The notes: generated by a model from the letters alone, not told the origin. A DNA stretch of 63,445 nt, filler included, from Diploschistes diacapsis (GCA_023645945.1; 23 parts of 23 records of this genome joined end to end with filler, not necessarily neighbours in it); one strand, 5' to 3'; shown: positions 36,738 through 49,406, counted from the first letter of the whole stretch. A program made the numbers and translations.

Positions 36738-37760
36738 TGTCAAGTGTGGAATACGACAATGTGGCAAGATGGCTGCACGCAGGGCAGATTCATGCTAGGA
36801 CTAATTACTAAAGAAGAAGAAAAAATAAGAAGGGCAAAATCCCCCTTCAAGTACCCGCAAGCTAAGACCCTGAGTGCCGCTTGTCCGACTATTGGCATGT
36901 TTTTTGCTTAACCTTACAATTATCTCTCCTTTTCTTGCTCTGGTCCCCTAGAACTACCTTCATGGTCCTTTCTTTGCCTATTAAAATAGATTAGATAATT
37001 AATTTAATCTATATTATTATCATCTCGATCTTTAATATAAATCGAATTTATTTTCGTCTTTATATATATATTCTAAAATTCGTTAATAATTAATTATAAT
37101 ATAAATAAATTCCAATATCGACGCTGATTGTTTATAGATTAAATATTTATTAAGCTAATAATATCTTTATTTAAATATCAGCCCTATTATGATATCTTTA
37201 CTTTATTTATAATATTCTTGCACCTCACTTCTTCATTTTTTAACCTTTATTTCTTTAACCTATATCATAAATCCTATCAGCGAGTTACTATCGCCGTTCG
37301 TTCTTACTTCTCGTTCGTCGTCCGTTTTTGCTTCTCGCTGCTATTAATATCTCGCCTTTTACACCTTCTTGATCAAAATGCTAGAACATACCTTCAATAT
37401 ATCCGAATAAGTTCCTAATACGTTTTTAACGATGTTCTCGATAAAAGGCGATACGTTTATAAATAAGCTCGTATAGGCGGCAGAAAAAGAACCTATTATC
37501 CGTCTTCAACGTCGTGGTAGATCTCGTAAACGGTATGTATTGATCACTTTTTTATTTATATTTAGTCCTGATTCTTCTAATTCTTTCTCGATTATTACCA
37601 CGTTCTTAACAAAATCCGTAGTAAAGCCTATTGTCACGCCCTTTCAATTGTTTTTGGATCCTAACTTCTAACCGGGTTCTAATATATCTACTTCGCACCT
37701 ATGTTTCGTGCCTGTTAATCGTTTATCTAAAGATATCGCTACCCTAAAACCTATAGTTAG
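36738..37760 (-). mobile_element. family D 3' LTR (36738-36918) with PPT and 3' internal region
   Basis: LTR homologous to 44146-44326; preceded on the minus strand by AAGAAAAGGAGAGATAAT; internal part shared with 58686-59570. Confidence 0.8.
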
Positions 37761-39213
37761 TAACGATATTAACAATGTTAGGATCGTTGCTTCTAAAATC
37801 GGTCCTATTTATAAATTACTTGCTTTTCTTTTAAATATTTAGAAGGCGAGCTCTTTATTATTTTTACTTAATTCTATTAATAAATTTATAGGAAAGCATA
37901 TTATCGACGTNNNNNNNNNNNNNNNNNNNNNNNNNNNNNNNNNNNNNNNNNNNNTTAATTAATTAANNNNNNNNNNNNNNNNNNNNNNNNNNNNNNNNNN
38001 NNNNNNNNNNGTCGCAATGTCACGTATAATAAATAATACATAGAACACTATCTCATAACTTACTACACCTTAGAATAGAATATTACACGATTTTAATCTA
38101 AATTGGGCTATCTATTACGCTCACGAAGATGCTACTTATATATAGAAAATTCTATATCTATTATAGTTATAAAGTCTAAACTACTTAACACGTCAGATTC
38201 GCCAGTTCGTCCATTAAAAAATTAATCGAAAATATTATTCATTATAACACTATTATCTCTATTCTAATCCCATTTTATTTATAATTTTAATTTAACTACA
38301 TTAAGAATACCTAACGAAGTAAAATCACCCTTAAAGTACCGCATAATTTCATCGTAATCGGGAAAATCTACTTTTAATACTAGAATAAAATACTTATAAT
38401 TATCGAGGTCGTCTAAGGATCGTGCTAGCCTACTATCCTTTTTAAATAGTTAATAAGTTCGGCTTTTAATCTTTAGTACCCCGATCTTCGATTCATTTTT
38501 ATAAACTAAATATAATTTTACCATTAAAATAATCTTATTCCTTTATTTATTTTTAAGCTTTATGGCCCCGTATATAACCCTTAAATACGAAAAGCAAAAA
38601 GAACGCTCACGTTCCCTAGAAATAAAACCTCTATACCATTATAGAACCTCCTTTTATCCTAGATTCTTAATACTTAGGATAACATATAACTCCCTTTTCT
38701 ACTTATATCCACAACCGTGCATCTTTGCAAAAATCACCCTCCTTACTCTCATTACAGCAGGTCCCACAGGCACGATAAGGGGCGAAAGATTACTAAAACC
38801 GGACGCGAAGTCGTCCTAATCATAGGACCCTAGGGTCCTTTATTCAATATCGATGTCTATAAGGTCGGATCCGACGCTTTTATTAATCGCGGGTGAATTT
38901 CTAACCTCTAACAGAATAAACTGCCTATTTATAACTAATATTTAATTCCCTTTTGTTTCTGTTATTGAGGCGAGGTCGACCGGAACGACGGAATCTGATA
39001 TAATTATTAATCCAATACGCCGCAAGTCTATCCCAATATACGCCAGCTTATTTATCATAAATATAACTTATTTTAAAATTAACACAATACCTTTACCTAA
39101 AAATCCTAAAATGTCTCTTATGTATTTAATTACTTTCTATATATCTAAAATTAACAGCACTCGAGTCTTATATACCCCGATTTTAATTCTTTCGAAACGA
39201 GCGATCATTATAT

Positions 39214-39449
39214 TGTAAACATAAAAGTAGGCCGCAGACTTGGTGGGGGTGGTCTCCACAGGGCAGCTCTATTTAAGGAGGCCTGCTAGGTAGCTCTAGA
39301 GAGGGGAATGTATCCTATATTTTATAAATGTCCTACCTAGGTATGCTGTTGACTACGAGATTATACTACATTCCTTTACTACATCACCTGCGATTATTTA
39401 CTTACTATAGCAAGGGAAGTCTCCCTAGACAGCGCGTTTTGAGTTTATA
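39214..39449 (+). mobile_element. family B 5' LTR
   Basis: TGTAAACAT...GAGTTTA(C>T)A; homologous to 8152-8386. Confidence 0.8.
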
Positions 39450-40009
39450 ATAAGGGTTAATCTAAAGACTTGTCTAAGGACCCTTCCACATCTTACGAAA
39501 GGTAAGGAGAAGGTTACGATCTAAAAACTCCAGATATAATAAGAAGATATTATTTATAAAAATATAGAAAGAGAAAGGAAAAGAGCATTTAATTATCCCT
39601 AAATAATCTATCAATATTGGAAGGATAAAAAAATAGAATTTAATTAAAATATATTTAGAAGATTAAGCTACGGATAAATAAAATATTAAAAAAGAATTAG
39701 AAATTAAAAATTATCGATATTAAAAACGATAAATATTATTANNNNNNNNNNNNNNNNNNNNNNNNNNNNNNNNNNNNNNNNNNNNTTAATTAATTAANNN
39801 NNNNNNNNNNNNNNNNNNNNNNNNNNNNNNNNNNNNNNNNNCCCGTATGGCGTATTTTTTGTCGTTAATAGTGCTAAAAGTTAGTCGGATTTATCTTATA
39901 AAATTTTCGTAATTGGCGAACATTCTTAAATTATTTTATTATTTAAAAAGATACGTATATAAACACGGCTCGATTTATATAAATACGCGGTTATATATAA
40001 AGCTCATAA

Positions 40010-40600
40010 TAGGCTGGCCGTTTCGTGCCACGGTCACTGACACGGACACTGCAGCAAAAATTTTTAAAACACGGACACTGACACGGACACGATAATTAAA
40101 ATTTTAAAACACGGATATTAATACGGACACTATCTTTCCGTAAATCCACGAATACGGACACCGCAATTAAAAAATTTAAAACACGGACACTGACACGGAC
40201 ACTATAATTAAAAAATTTAAAACACGGATACTGATACGGATACTATATTTCCGTAAATTTACTAACACGGACACTACACTATAATAACAGCACGGAAACA
40301 CTTTTTTTTTAATATTTTTAAAATTATCACGCTTATTTCTCACGCTTTTATTTTTTAAAAATTATTTTTGAAAACACGGACACGGACACGGACACCGCAA
40401 TTAAAAATTTTAAAATACGGATACTAACACGGACATTACATTTCCATGAATCCACGGACACGGACACCGTAATTAAAAAATCTAAAACACGGACACTGAT
40501 ACGGACATTATATTTCCGTGAATCCACGGACACGGACACCGCAGCAAAAAAATCTAAAACACGGACATTGGCACTGTCAGTGTCAGTGACGGCCAGCCTA
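40010..40600. mobile_element. hAT-like MITE ('family F'), complete, 591 bp
   Basis: TIRs TAGGCTGGCCGT / ACGGCCAGCCTA; body made of ACACGGACAC(TG) repeats; partial copies at 52634-52889, 61730-61927 and 63337-63445. An 8-bp TSD is not recognisable. Confidence 0.7.
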
Positions 40601-40942
40601 GATTAAATATATAAAAGCGAATAATATTAACGATAATATAATTATTATAACCGTTTATAATTAATAAACGACGCGTTTCGGGTTTATTCGGTCTAATTAA
40701 AGGCTTAAAGATATATATAAATTATTAATAATCGTGTTTATCTATTATTTATTCTTTATTATTAATATTAAATAATTAATTTCGAGGCGTTTTAATTAAA
40801 ATTTAATTAATATTAATATATAATATTTTAAAAATAAGTATAGGCGGTAATATTCCGTTAATAATTAAAATATATTCGATCGTAATTACGTAGTTTTGTT
40901 TTTTTTAATAACTTTTTAATTCGAGTTTGTTCGACTCGAAAC

Positions 40943-41572
40943 TGTTGAGCAGATAGGCAGAAGGCATGGCTGAGAGTTCGACAGAATTCCAGGAGGAGGT
41001 TCAGTTCAGCTGAACCTCCTGGAATTCTAACTAGACCGATTAAGGAATAGTGTGGGTAGTAGGGCTTAGCGTATCCCACGAGGATAAAAGTCTATAAAGT
41101 AGGATAATTTCCTGATAAGATCTTTAGACTTTAATATATATATTACGTTATTAAATAGGTTATGAGTCCGGATTTGTATTTGTTTTATTACGCTTAATCG
41201 TTTATTAAAATTACGTTTTTCGGTAGTTGGTACGGACACGAGCGCGTGTACAGATTACGTTATTTAACGTAGGTTAAATCGAAGAGATCCGAAAGCCTAG
41301 GATCTGAATTATAAGAACTTAGGGTGGGCCGATTTAAAAGTAGAAGGTATATTATTATAAAAGATCGCGGGATTTTATTACGTTGGCTAAGGGTAAGTTT
41401 AAATAAGAAGTACTTGGATCCAGACTTTCATCTGTATAGACTAAGAAAAACCTTTTCTCCTTCTTTTCGTCAATAATTGAAGTTTAATTGAATTATACCG
41501 AATTTTTTTCGATCATCTTTATTTTTATTATAGAGGATTATTTTTTGTATTATTTATTAATTATTTATTAAT
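40943..41572 (+). mobile_element. family H 5' LTR (40943-41157), PBS GGTTATGAGTCCGG and internal region
   Basis: TGTTGAGCAG...; homologous to the reverse complement of 1841-2629. Confidence 0.8.
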
Positions 41573-41673
41573 NNNNNNNNNNNNNNNNNNNNNNNNNNNN
41601 NNNNNNNNNNNNNNNNTTAATTAATTAANNNNNNNNNNNNNNNNNNNNNNNNNNNNNNNNNNNNNNNNNNNNG

Positions 41674-42126
41674 TGTTATGATCTCTATCTCTACAATGTA
41701 GACACGAGGTATTGATCAAGGTGGGTTTGGTCTCGTTTAGAAGAGGAGTGCAAGTAAGAAAACAAGTTAGAGCAGTTATAGGTTTTAAACTGTCTCTGGA
41801 AAGAAGGCTTTAGTGATAAAGATAACGAATATAGATTGATCTCGAGTAATGATTAGAGATATTTATGAAAGTGAACATATTAGGATTTATAAGAGCTATG
41901 GCGACGTTCTTATATAACTAACTGCTCTCCAGCGGAGTAGATTAATAGATAAATAGAATTACCGTTCTCCCGTTCTATCTATAGAGGGTAAAATAGCCTT
42001 TAAGGTTTTTTATTTATTACGTGACTAGTGTTACCATGATTAGATTATATATAAGGAGTAGTTAGGTTAGGCCCGATCAGCTGTGAAGTGCTAAGTGGCT
42101 ACCACCTAGTCACTTGGATCGTAACA
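41674..42126 (-). mobile_element. family C LTR, full length (~453 bp)
   Basis: Inverted termini TGTTACGATC / GATCATAACA; reverse complement of 43670-44123. Confidence 0.85.
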
Positions 42127-42890
42127 GAAAAGAACTTTGCGATATTACGACTATATAAAAAATATAAGATACTCGTAACCCTCAATAAGAAGCTTTTATC
42201 GTAATTCGCTGATTCTTTTAAAATTTTAGAACGAGTAGACAAGCTCGCCTATAAATTTGAATTCTTTTAACATTATAAGATACACGATGTTATTAATATA
42301 GTACATTTAGAACCTATTTTAGACCCCGCCGGCGACTCTTACCACCGCTAATCCTTACCTTTACCGCCTGTGACCGTCGACTTAGAAGAAGGTTATTATG
42401 AAGTAAATAAGCTACTAACTAAGAGGAGATTCAAGAAGGATAGCAATTAGAAGATAAAATACTTGATACATTGGATAAGATATAACGCTAGCGAGGATAT
42501 ATAGATATTTAATAAAGAATTATTACGATATATTAAAGATTTAGTCGCCGACTACGAGCGGACGTATGAAGAGTTAATAAAGGTTAAATAAAATTAAAAA
42601 TAAGATATAAATAAAGATATCGAGAACGACTATAAGGGTTTTAATCTTTTAAAAAAGTCAAAATTACTGTTGTAGTAGCTGCAGTGGCTACTAGCTATTA
42701 CTGCTGCTACTAGGGGGTTCGCCTATACTTACTAGGCGCGCTTGCTCCTGCCCTCGTCGCTGTCGCTATGACGTCAGGGCCACGATGCCATTAGGCATCC
42801 ACGCGGTGTAGCTATAAAGGCTCGCCGCCCTCATTAGCTATTTGCAATCCATCTTCTTCACTATACAATGATTTGACCTTATTGCTGACA
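42127..42890 (+). mobile_element. Chromovirus 3' end: RIP-mutated integrase/chromodomain plus 3' LTR 'family I' (42668-42890)
   Basis: KKL.S*FA..FKILERV.KLAYK, IHDVI.I.HLEP, YEV.KLLTKR, YLIHW; LTR TGTTGTAG...CTGACA with a TATAAA box; related copy at 51199-52100. Confidence 0.8.
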
Positions 42891-43669
42891 AATAGTAACA
42901 ACGAATTGGAGAATCAATTCCCAGGACAGTGTTTTGTCCCAGCAGTTCTGCACCAGTCCAAGTATTTGGATCAGAGTTCATAGCAAAGCTCGGTCTTTGT
43001 CGAACTTCCTCTATTCCCTATCTGTAGCTGCTAGTACCGGCTCTATGCGTTGTCCTGTCCTTCTTTGCTCCCTCTAATCAGTCGATAATCAATTTCTAGC
43101 TAAACGTGTCGATCTGGTTCCTTAATCCTTCTTCTGTTAATTTAAAGCTAGTTTTAATCTATCGATTATCATTTAATGTTTACGAAAGATATTTAGATTA
43201 AGATTCTCGGATCGGTTTATATCTAGAAGTGTTTAATATCGAAAACAAATTTGCTCGTTAATTTAAATCAAGCTTGTTTAAAGAACGTCTTTCCGGATCG
43301 ATTGTTTTAATAAAAAGCTTCTATATCAGTACAATTAACTAAGAAATAGCAAGACAATTTCCTTCTTCAAGCTTTATAATTATTATATTATACGTAAGCT
43401 GNNNNNNNNNNNNNNNNNNNNNNNNNNNNNNNNNNNNNNNNNNNNTTAATTAATTAANNNNNNNNNNNNNNNNNNNNNNNNNNNNNNNNNNNNNNNNNNN
43501 NATAATACATTTAGATAATTCTAAAGACGAATGATAGAGTCTAAACGTTTCTTTTATTTCGAAGATAAAGAAGATATCGCTGTCCTATGATTTAAGATTT
43601 TCTTTTATTTAGTACTTATGTTTACTTTTCGGTACTTATCGGGCCGATAAGGTTAAAGGAAGGGGATAG

Positions 43670-44123
43670 TGTTACGATCTAAGTAACTAGGTGGTAGTTA
43701 TTTAATACTTTATAGCTGATCGGGTCTAACCTAATTATTCTTTATATATAATTTAATTATGATGATATCGGTTACGTGATAAGTAAAAAGCCTTGAAGGC
43801 TATTTTATTTTTTATGGATAGAACGGGAGAACGGTAGTTTTATTTATCTATTAATTTATTCCGCTAAGGAGTAGTTGGTTATATAAGAACGTCGTTATGG
43901 TTTTTATGAATTCTGGTATATTTATTTTTATAGATATTCTTAATGATTGCTCGGGATCAATTTATATTCGTTATTTCTATTTTTAGAGAGTAATCTTTTT
44001 AGAGATCAGAATAGACCTGTTACCGATCTACTTCTTCTCCTGCTTGCATTCTTCTTCTAATAGAGACCAAACCTATCTTGATCAATACCTCGTGTCTATA
44101 TTGTAGAGATAGAGATTATAATA
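43670..44123 (+). mobile_element. family C 3' LTR
   Basis: Preceded by the PPT AAAGGAAGGGGATAG; matches 41674-42126. Confidence 0.85.
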
Positions 44124-44145
44124 TTATGTTTAAAATATATAATAT

Positions 44146-45230
44146 TGTAAGGCCAAGCAAGGAGCATGCCAATAGTCGGACAAGCGGCACTCAGGGTCTT
44201 GGCTTGCGGGTACTTGAAGGGGGATTTTGCCCTTCTTACTCTCTTCTCTTCTTTAATAATTAGTTCTAGCATGAATTTGCCCTACGTGCAGCCATCTTGC
44301 CATATTGTCGTATTCCATCTTTTATAGTTCTAATTACTTTACCTTTCTTAAAAACGACGATCCGACAAGATAACACGTTCTTCGCACCGTAGACGCAGGA
44401 TAAATTCACGTAATTAAATTAAAATAGAAGAAAGTGAAAGAAAAGAAAGAAATAAACGATCTAGAATTATTTTATTTAATCAAGAGGATTCAGATCATAC
44501 CGAGCAATAAGAACGAGATTTGTAATCTAAAGGCAAAACACCAGCAGGCGAATCGTTAAAGTAAGAATATGGTTTCGAATCTGCATTAAAGGATGCACCA
44601 GAAACAATAAAAAACATACTACTAAAAATAAGACAAGATATAAAGCTTAAAGAAAGCCAGATAATAGAAGCGAGAAAAAATACTTTCGTCGAGAAAACAA
44701 AAAGAATTGTTGTTGAAGCAGCATTAATAGCCGAAATGATACACAAGCGACAAGCAAACCAGAATCATCCAGATGTCATAAATCGCTACCGCGATATCAA
44801 ACCAGATAAACTACCACCCTTTTATAAAAAAATTGTTCAGGAACATAACCGTTAAATGATAAATATAGAAAGTATATTTATTATATCATATAAGTATTTT
44901 CTCAACGATAAAACTAAGATACGTTTCGCCATGTAATCGCTTACTAGCAAGATTGAAGAAGCATGGGTTCTATATTAAAAGAATAAGAACTTTTCTGATT
45001 TCACATGGGATTATTTCAAACTATTTTTATTAAATAGAATCAAGGACCCTATCAATCGCTCGCTATCAGCCTATTAAAACTAAGAATTAATAAAACAGGA
45101 TTTCCATCAATCGGTTCAGAGTTTCGAAGCATATTATATCATACTAAAAGAACAATTAAATAACAAGCTACCGGATATAATAAAGATATCAATATTCATA
45201 ACCAAACTTCGTCCAGAACTCTAGCATGAA
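44146..45230 (+). mobile_element. family D 5' LTR (44146-44326) and RIP-mutated gag
   Basis: 181-bp LTR, then a decayed frame NRYRDIKPDKLPPFY...DKTKIRFAM*SL...FTWDYFKLFLL.RIKDPINR...HQSVQSF resembling retrotransposon gag. Confidence 0.8.
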
Positions 45231-46021
45231 NNNNNNNNNNNNNNNNNNNNNNNNNNNNNNNNNNNNNNNNNNNNTTAATTAATTAANNNNNNNNNNNNNN
45301 NNNNNNNNNNNNNNNNNNNNNNNNNNNNNNAAGAAACCTTAAGGGCTTATAATTATAATAAGATAAAATTTATTTGTTTATATGGCTATTCGGCTGTCTA
45401 CTAGCTCTTTAACAAGCTTGCTTTTTTGTTTGTTTATTAGGTGCTTTCTTGCTTGCGTGTTTGCTTTTCTATATGTTAATTTACTTTTCTATGTGTTAAT
45501 TTGCTTACTTTATGCTTTATTGTTTGTTTAATTTTATAATAGATCTTCTTGCTTGTTCTTCTATTTGTTTATCTGTAATTGACTTCTTGCTGGTGGTAAC
45601 GAGACGGGAAAAAAGAAAGGAAAGAAATGAGAGGGACGGACGTGCTACTGGTTATACCTGTCTAAAGGAACATTAACGGATGGTATAAATATTACAAAAG
45701 ATAAGAATGTTTTTGGAAGGACATTTACGAATGGTAAAGATACGATAGAAATTGGGGATATCTTTGGATAGTTACCGCCTTTCTGTCCTATCGTGATTCG
45801 AGAGAGTAGGATGTAGGAAAATAGGTTCAGGAACATTATTACGTTCAAAAATATAGTTACGTCGAGAAAAGAATATTAAGGATAATAAACTTCTAAATAT
45901 TTCGATTATTTAAAAAATATAGAATTATATTGAGATATAGATAACCGGATAAAGATTTTTTATTAATAAGATCTATATAAAGTTCGTTATAGGGCAGCGA
46001 ATTATCGAAAGGAGGGTCGTA

Positions 46022-46257
46022 TATAAACATAAAAATAGGCGGTAGACTTAATGAAGGTGGTCCTTATAGGGTAGTTCCATTTAAGGAGGCCTGCTAGGTA
46101 GCTCTAGACAAAAAAATGCATCCTACACCTCACAAATATCCTATCTAGGTATGCTGTTGACTACTAGATCCCATTATATTCCCCTACTACACCACCTACG
46201 ACTACCTACCTACTACAGCAAGGGAAGTCTCCCTAGACAGCGCGCCTTGTGTTTATA
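46022..46257 (+). mobile_element. family B 3' LTR
   Basis: Preceded by the purine tract GAAAGGAGGG; the upstream 200 bp are shared with 48987-49183. Confidence 0.8.
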
Positions 46258-46604
46258 CTATTATAGCCGCTTTTTTAAAATAAGGATATCCATATATAAA
46301 TAAATAAAATCTTCGTTAATCCGAATAATTATTTATAAATATAACAAACTAACCTTTATAAATAAAACACGATAATTAAAAAACTCATATCCCAGATTAA
46401 TAATTAAAAAAAGGCTTATAAAAATAAAGCCCCTTCGAACCCTCGTCCGCTATAATAGGTCTAGACTAGGTCCTTATACTAAATATTAACCTATAATATA
46501 ATTAATACTAGATTTAGGCCTAAAAATTTCGAAAAAGAAGAAAATAACGAAAAGATAATAGAACGTTTTTTTATTCAGTTATACGAGACCAATTATTAGG
46601 ATAT

Positions 46605-46825
46605 ATTTTGGGCAACGCATGTATTGAAGTCTAGATATCTAGAGATCTAACTAGAAGGAATAGTCTACATGTAAACTCTTATATCAATAAGATCTACTAA
46701 GCCCTATGGACTTATATTACTCCCGATTAAGATTAACAGGAACCCCAGTAGGTTCAACCGAACTGAACCTGAACCTGAAGTTCAGCTGAACTTCCCAGCC
46801 ATGCATTCTATCTGTCTACTTAATA
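46605..46825 (-). mobile_element. family H 3' LTR
   Basis: Homologous to 7603-7839; PPT GTGAGGGAG on the minus strand. Confidence 0.75.
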
Positions 46826-47159
46826 CTCCCTCACGAGCGGAACCATCGGCATGTTTATTTAATCTAACTAAATACCTTCTATATTAATCTAAATTCTTTA
46901 ACGAATATATCGTGTTTAGCGTAATTTAATGATTTCGTTAATCCGTCGGCAATTATTTTATCTATAAATATATAAATAATATTAATACGGCCTCGTTTAA
47001 CTAAATCCCGTATATAATGATAAATAATATCGATATATTTTAACCTATCGTTGATTCTCNNNNNNNNNNNNNNNNNNNNNNNNNNNNNNNNNNNNNNNNN
47101 NNNTTAATTAATTAANNNNNNNNNNNNNNNNNNNNNNNNNNNNNNNNNNNNNNNNNNNN

Positions 47160-47395
47160 TTTTTTTTGCTTACGTAATATATTAGTAAAAAAATGATTGG
47201 CCTCGCCATCTTCGCCAGCTTTCGCCAGTTTCGCCAGTTTCGCCGGTTTCGCCAGTTTCGCCGTGTTTCGCCAAACCTTTTGGCGAAAGTTGGCGAGTCG
47301 TTTGAACGCATTATCTGTCGCCCACCTCGCCGGTTTCGCCAGTTTCGCCAACCTCGCGGATTTTCGCGGTGTTTCGCCGACAAAAACTTTTCGTG
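47160..47395 (-). repeat. family G GGCGAAAC tandem array (second copy)
   Basis: TTTCGCCAG/TTTCGCCGG units; homologous to 5220-5418. Confidence 0.75.
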
Positions 47396-47399
47396 ATGT

Positions 47400-48245
47400 A
47401 TTAATAGGATCCGTAGCGAATTAACTCGAATAGTAAGAGTAAATATTTCATCGAAATCGATCTTTTATCTTTGCGAGAACCTTTTTGCGACTAATCTGGC
47501 CCTGAACCCTTCGATGTCTTTATTGGAATTATACTTTTCGATATTGGTGAGTTCAGGTAGTTTAAATAGTTCAGTCTTATTCTAATTCAGTAACAAAAAG
47601 TCGATTTTTTTCTTTACTACTGCTTCCCATTCTTGCCCGAAGATTGGATTATTTACGGCCTTTTTATAATTCCTTGGAATATTAACACGCGTCGGTTTTG
47701 AATCAACGTCGCTCGTTATTTCCTATTCAATAGCTATAAGCGCCATATAACTTTTTAATATTTTAATTAATGAGAATTACTCGACATCCCGTTGTCGTTT
47801 ATTAGTAACGGCATTCGTGTTATATAATTCTTTAATACCCTAAAAATTCATAATCGTTAAAACCTCGTTCGTGTTATCTATTACTTAAGAATCCTGTATA
47901 CTAAACGATATTAACATGGCGTTGATAGGTATTACATACGTAATTAAATTATCAATAACGTGTTCAATACTCGTTATTAACGCAAAAGGCTTTAATAGTA
48001 TATTCGGTTAAATAAATTCAGGTTCAGGTTCAGTTTCACGTATTATTCTTTTCCTAAAAACCTCGACCTGCAAGAATCTCCTCACTAACCGTCGGCCATC
48101 CTCATCTAATTCGGGTTAATCATAGGGAACGAGAATAGAAACCCTTAGGATGCTATAATCTACCGTAGGTCCAGATAATAAAGATTTAGTATCGTTTAAC
48201 TAAACCTTTACCTTTATCGTTATTACGTCTTTAACGCCTTCGATA
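47400..48245 (-). pseudogene. RIP-inactivated Ty1/copia reverse transcriptase N-terminus
   Basis: PRNYKKAVNNPIFGQEWEAVVKK...IEGFRARLVAKRFSQR.KIDFDEIF (RVT_2 KARLVA.GF.Q..GIDF.E.F motif). Confidence 0.85.
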
Positions 48246-48252
48246 TTAGATA

Positions 48253-48886
48253 ACGTGTTTCACGGGGATTCCGGCCACCCCCAGATTCCGGCCACCTTAA
48301 ATCACTACCGCCAATATTCTACGGTTTTTAAATATAACCTGTTCGTCGTAATTAGAATCTAATCAATCCCAATCGAATCTATCCTCTTTTTCTTTATCCT
48401 TCTCGATTTCAGAAACGCGACGACGTTTTTTACGCGTTATAAATCGTTTCGAAACTATCCGACTCGATTTAATTCAAATTATTATTTAAAAACTTCGTCT
48501 ATATTAAACATAAAACGATCTTTTAATTCAATTCGTTTATTTAATTTACGTTTTTTATAATTATTAAAAAACGTTTTTTACTTTCGGTTTTCTTTACGAA
48601 ACGTTATAAACTTAATATGCGTCGATTTAAGTATACGGGTTACTCGACTCGAATAACGTCGAATCGGGTTAATTAATTCTAAAACGGCTCGTAACGTTTA
48701 ATTAAATTCTTTATTATCCTTTCGCAGTTCGGTCATATTTAATAAAGAATTATATAATAAAAATAAATCTAAATCGAATTGATTCGATGTTAAAAAAGGG
48801 CTATAAAATGAAAATAAAAGGATCCGATAAATCGAATAAAGTTTATTAAACACGGTTATAAAATTAATAAACTATAATTCAGTATT
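48253..48886 (-). mobile_element. pogo/Fot1 transposon right end with RIP-mutated transposase C-terminus
   Basis: TA + ACGTGTTTCACGGGGATTCCGGCCAC..CAGATTCCGGCCAC TIR; minus frame FRKENRK*KR...KKRKLNKRIELKDRFMF resembles Fot1-family C-termini. Confidence 0.7.
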
Positions 48887-49183
48887 NNNNNNNNNNNNNN
48901 NNNNNNNNNNNNNNNNNNNNNNNNNNNNNNTTAATTAATTAANNNNNNNNNNNNNNNNNNNNNNNNNNNNNNNNNNNNNNNNNNNNGTTCAGGAGTATTA
49001 TTACATTTAAAAATATAATTACATCGAGGAAAGAACATTAAGAATAATAAACTTTTAAATATTTCGATTATTTAAAAGGTATAGAATTATATTAAGATAT
49101 AGATAACCGGATAGAAATTTCTTGCTAATAAGATCTATATAAAGTTCGTTATAAGACAGCGAACTATCGAGAAAGGAGTCGTA

Positions 49184-49406
49184 TATAAATATAAAAATAG
49201 ATCGTAGATTTGGTAGGGGTAATCCTTATAAAGCAGCTCCATTTAAGGAGACCTACTAGGTAACTCTAGACAAACAATGCATCCTACACCTCACAAATGT
49301 CCTACCTAGGTATGCTGTTGACTACGAAATCACACTACATTCACCTACGACTACCTCCCTACTACAGCAAGGTAAGTCTCCCTAGACAGCGCGACTTGTG
49401 TTTATA
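49184..49406 (+). mobile_element. family B 3' LTR
   Basis: Homologous to 46022-46257 with the same upstream flank. Confidence 0.8.

Noticed and set aside
38011..39213. Decayed coding-like sequence (also 11027-12100, 42891-43401, 58096-58504)
   Set aside because: RIP-mutated repeat DNA with no motif I could assign confidently.
47108..47424. MAKLAKPA / RNWRNWR ORFs (also 5286-5474)
   Set aside because: Products of the 9-bp GGCGAAAC tandem repeat.
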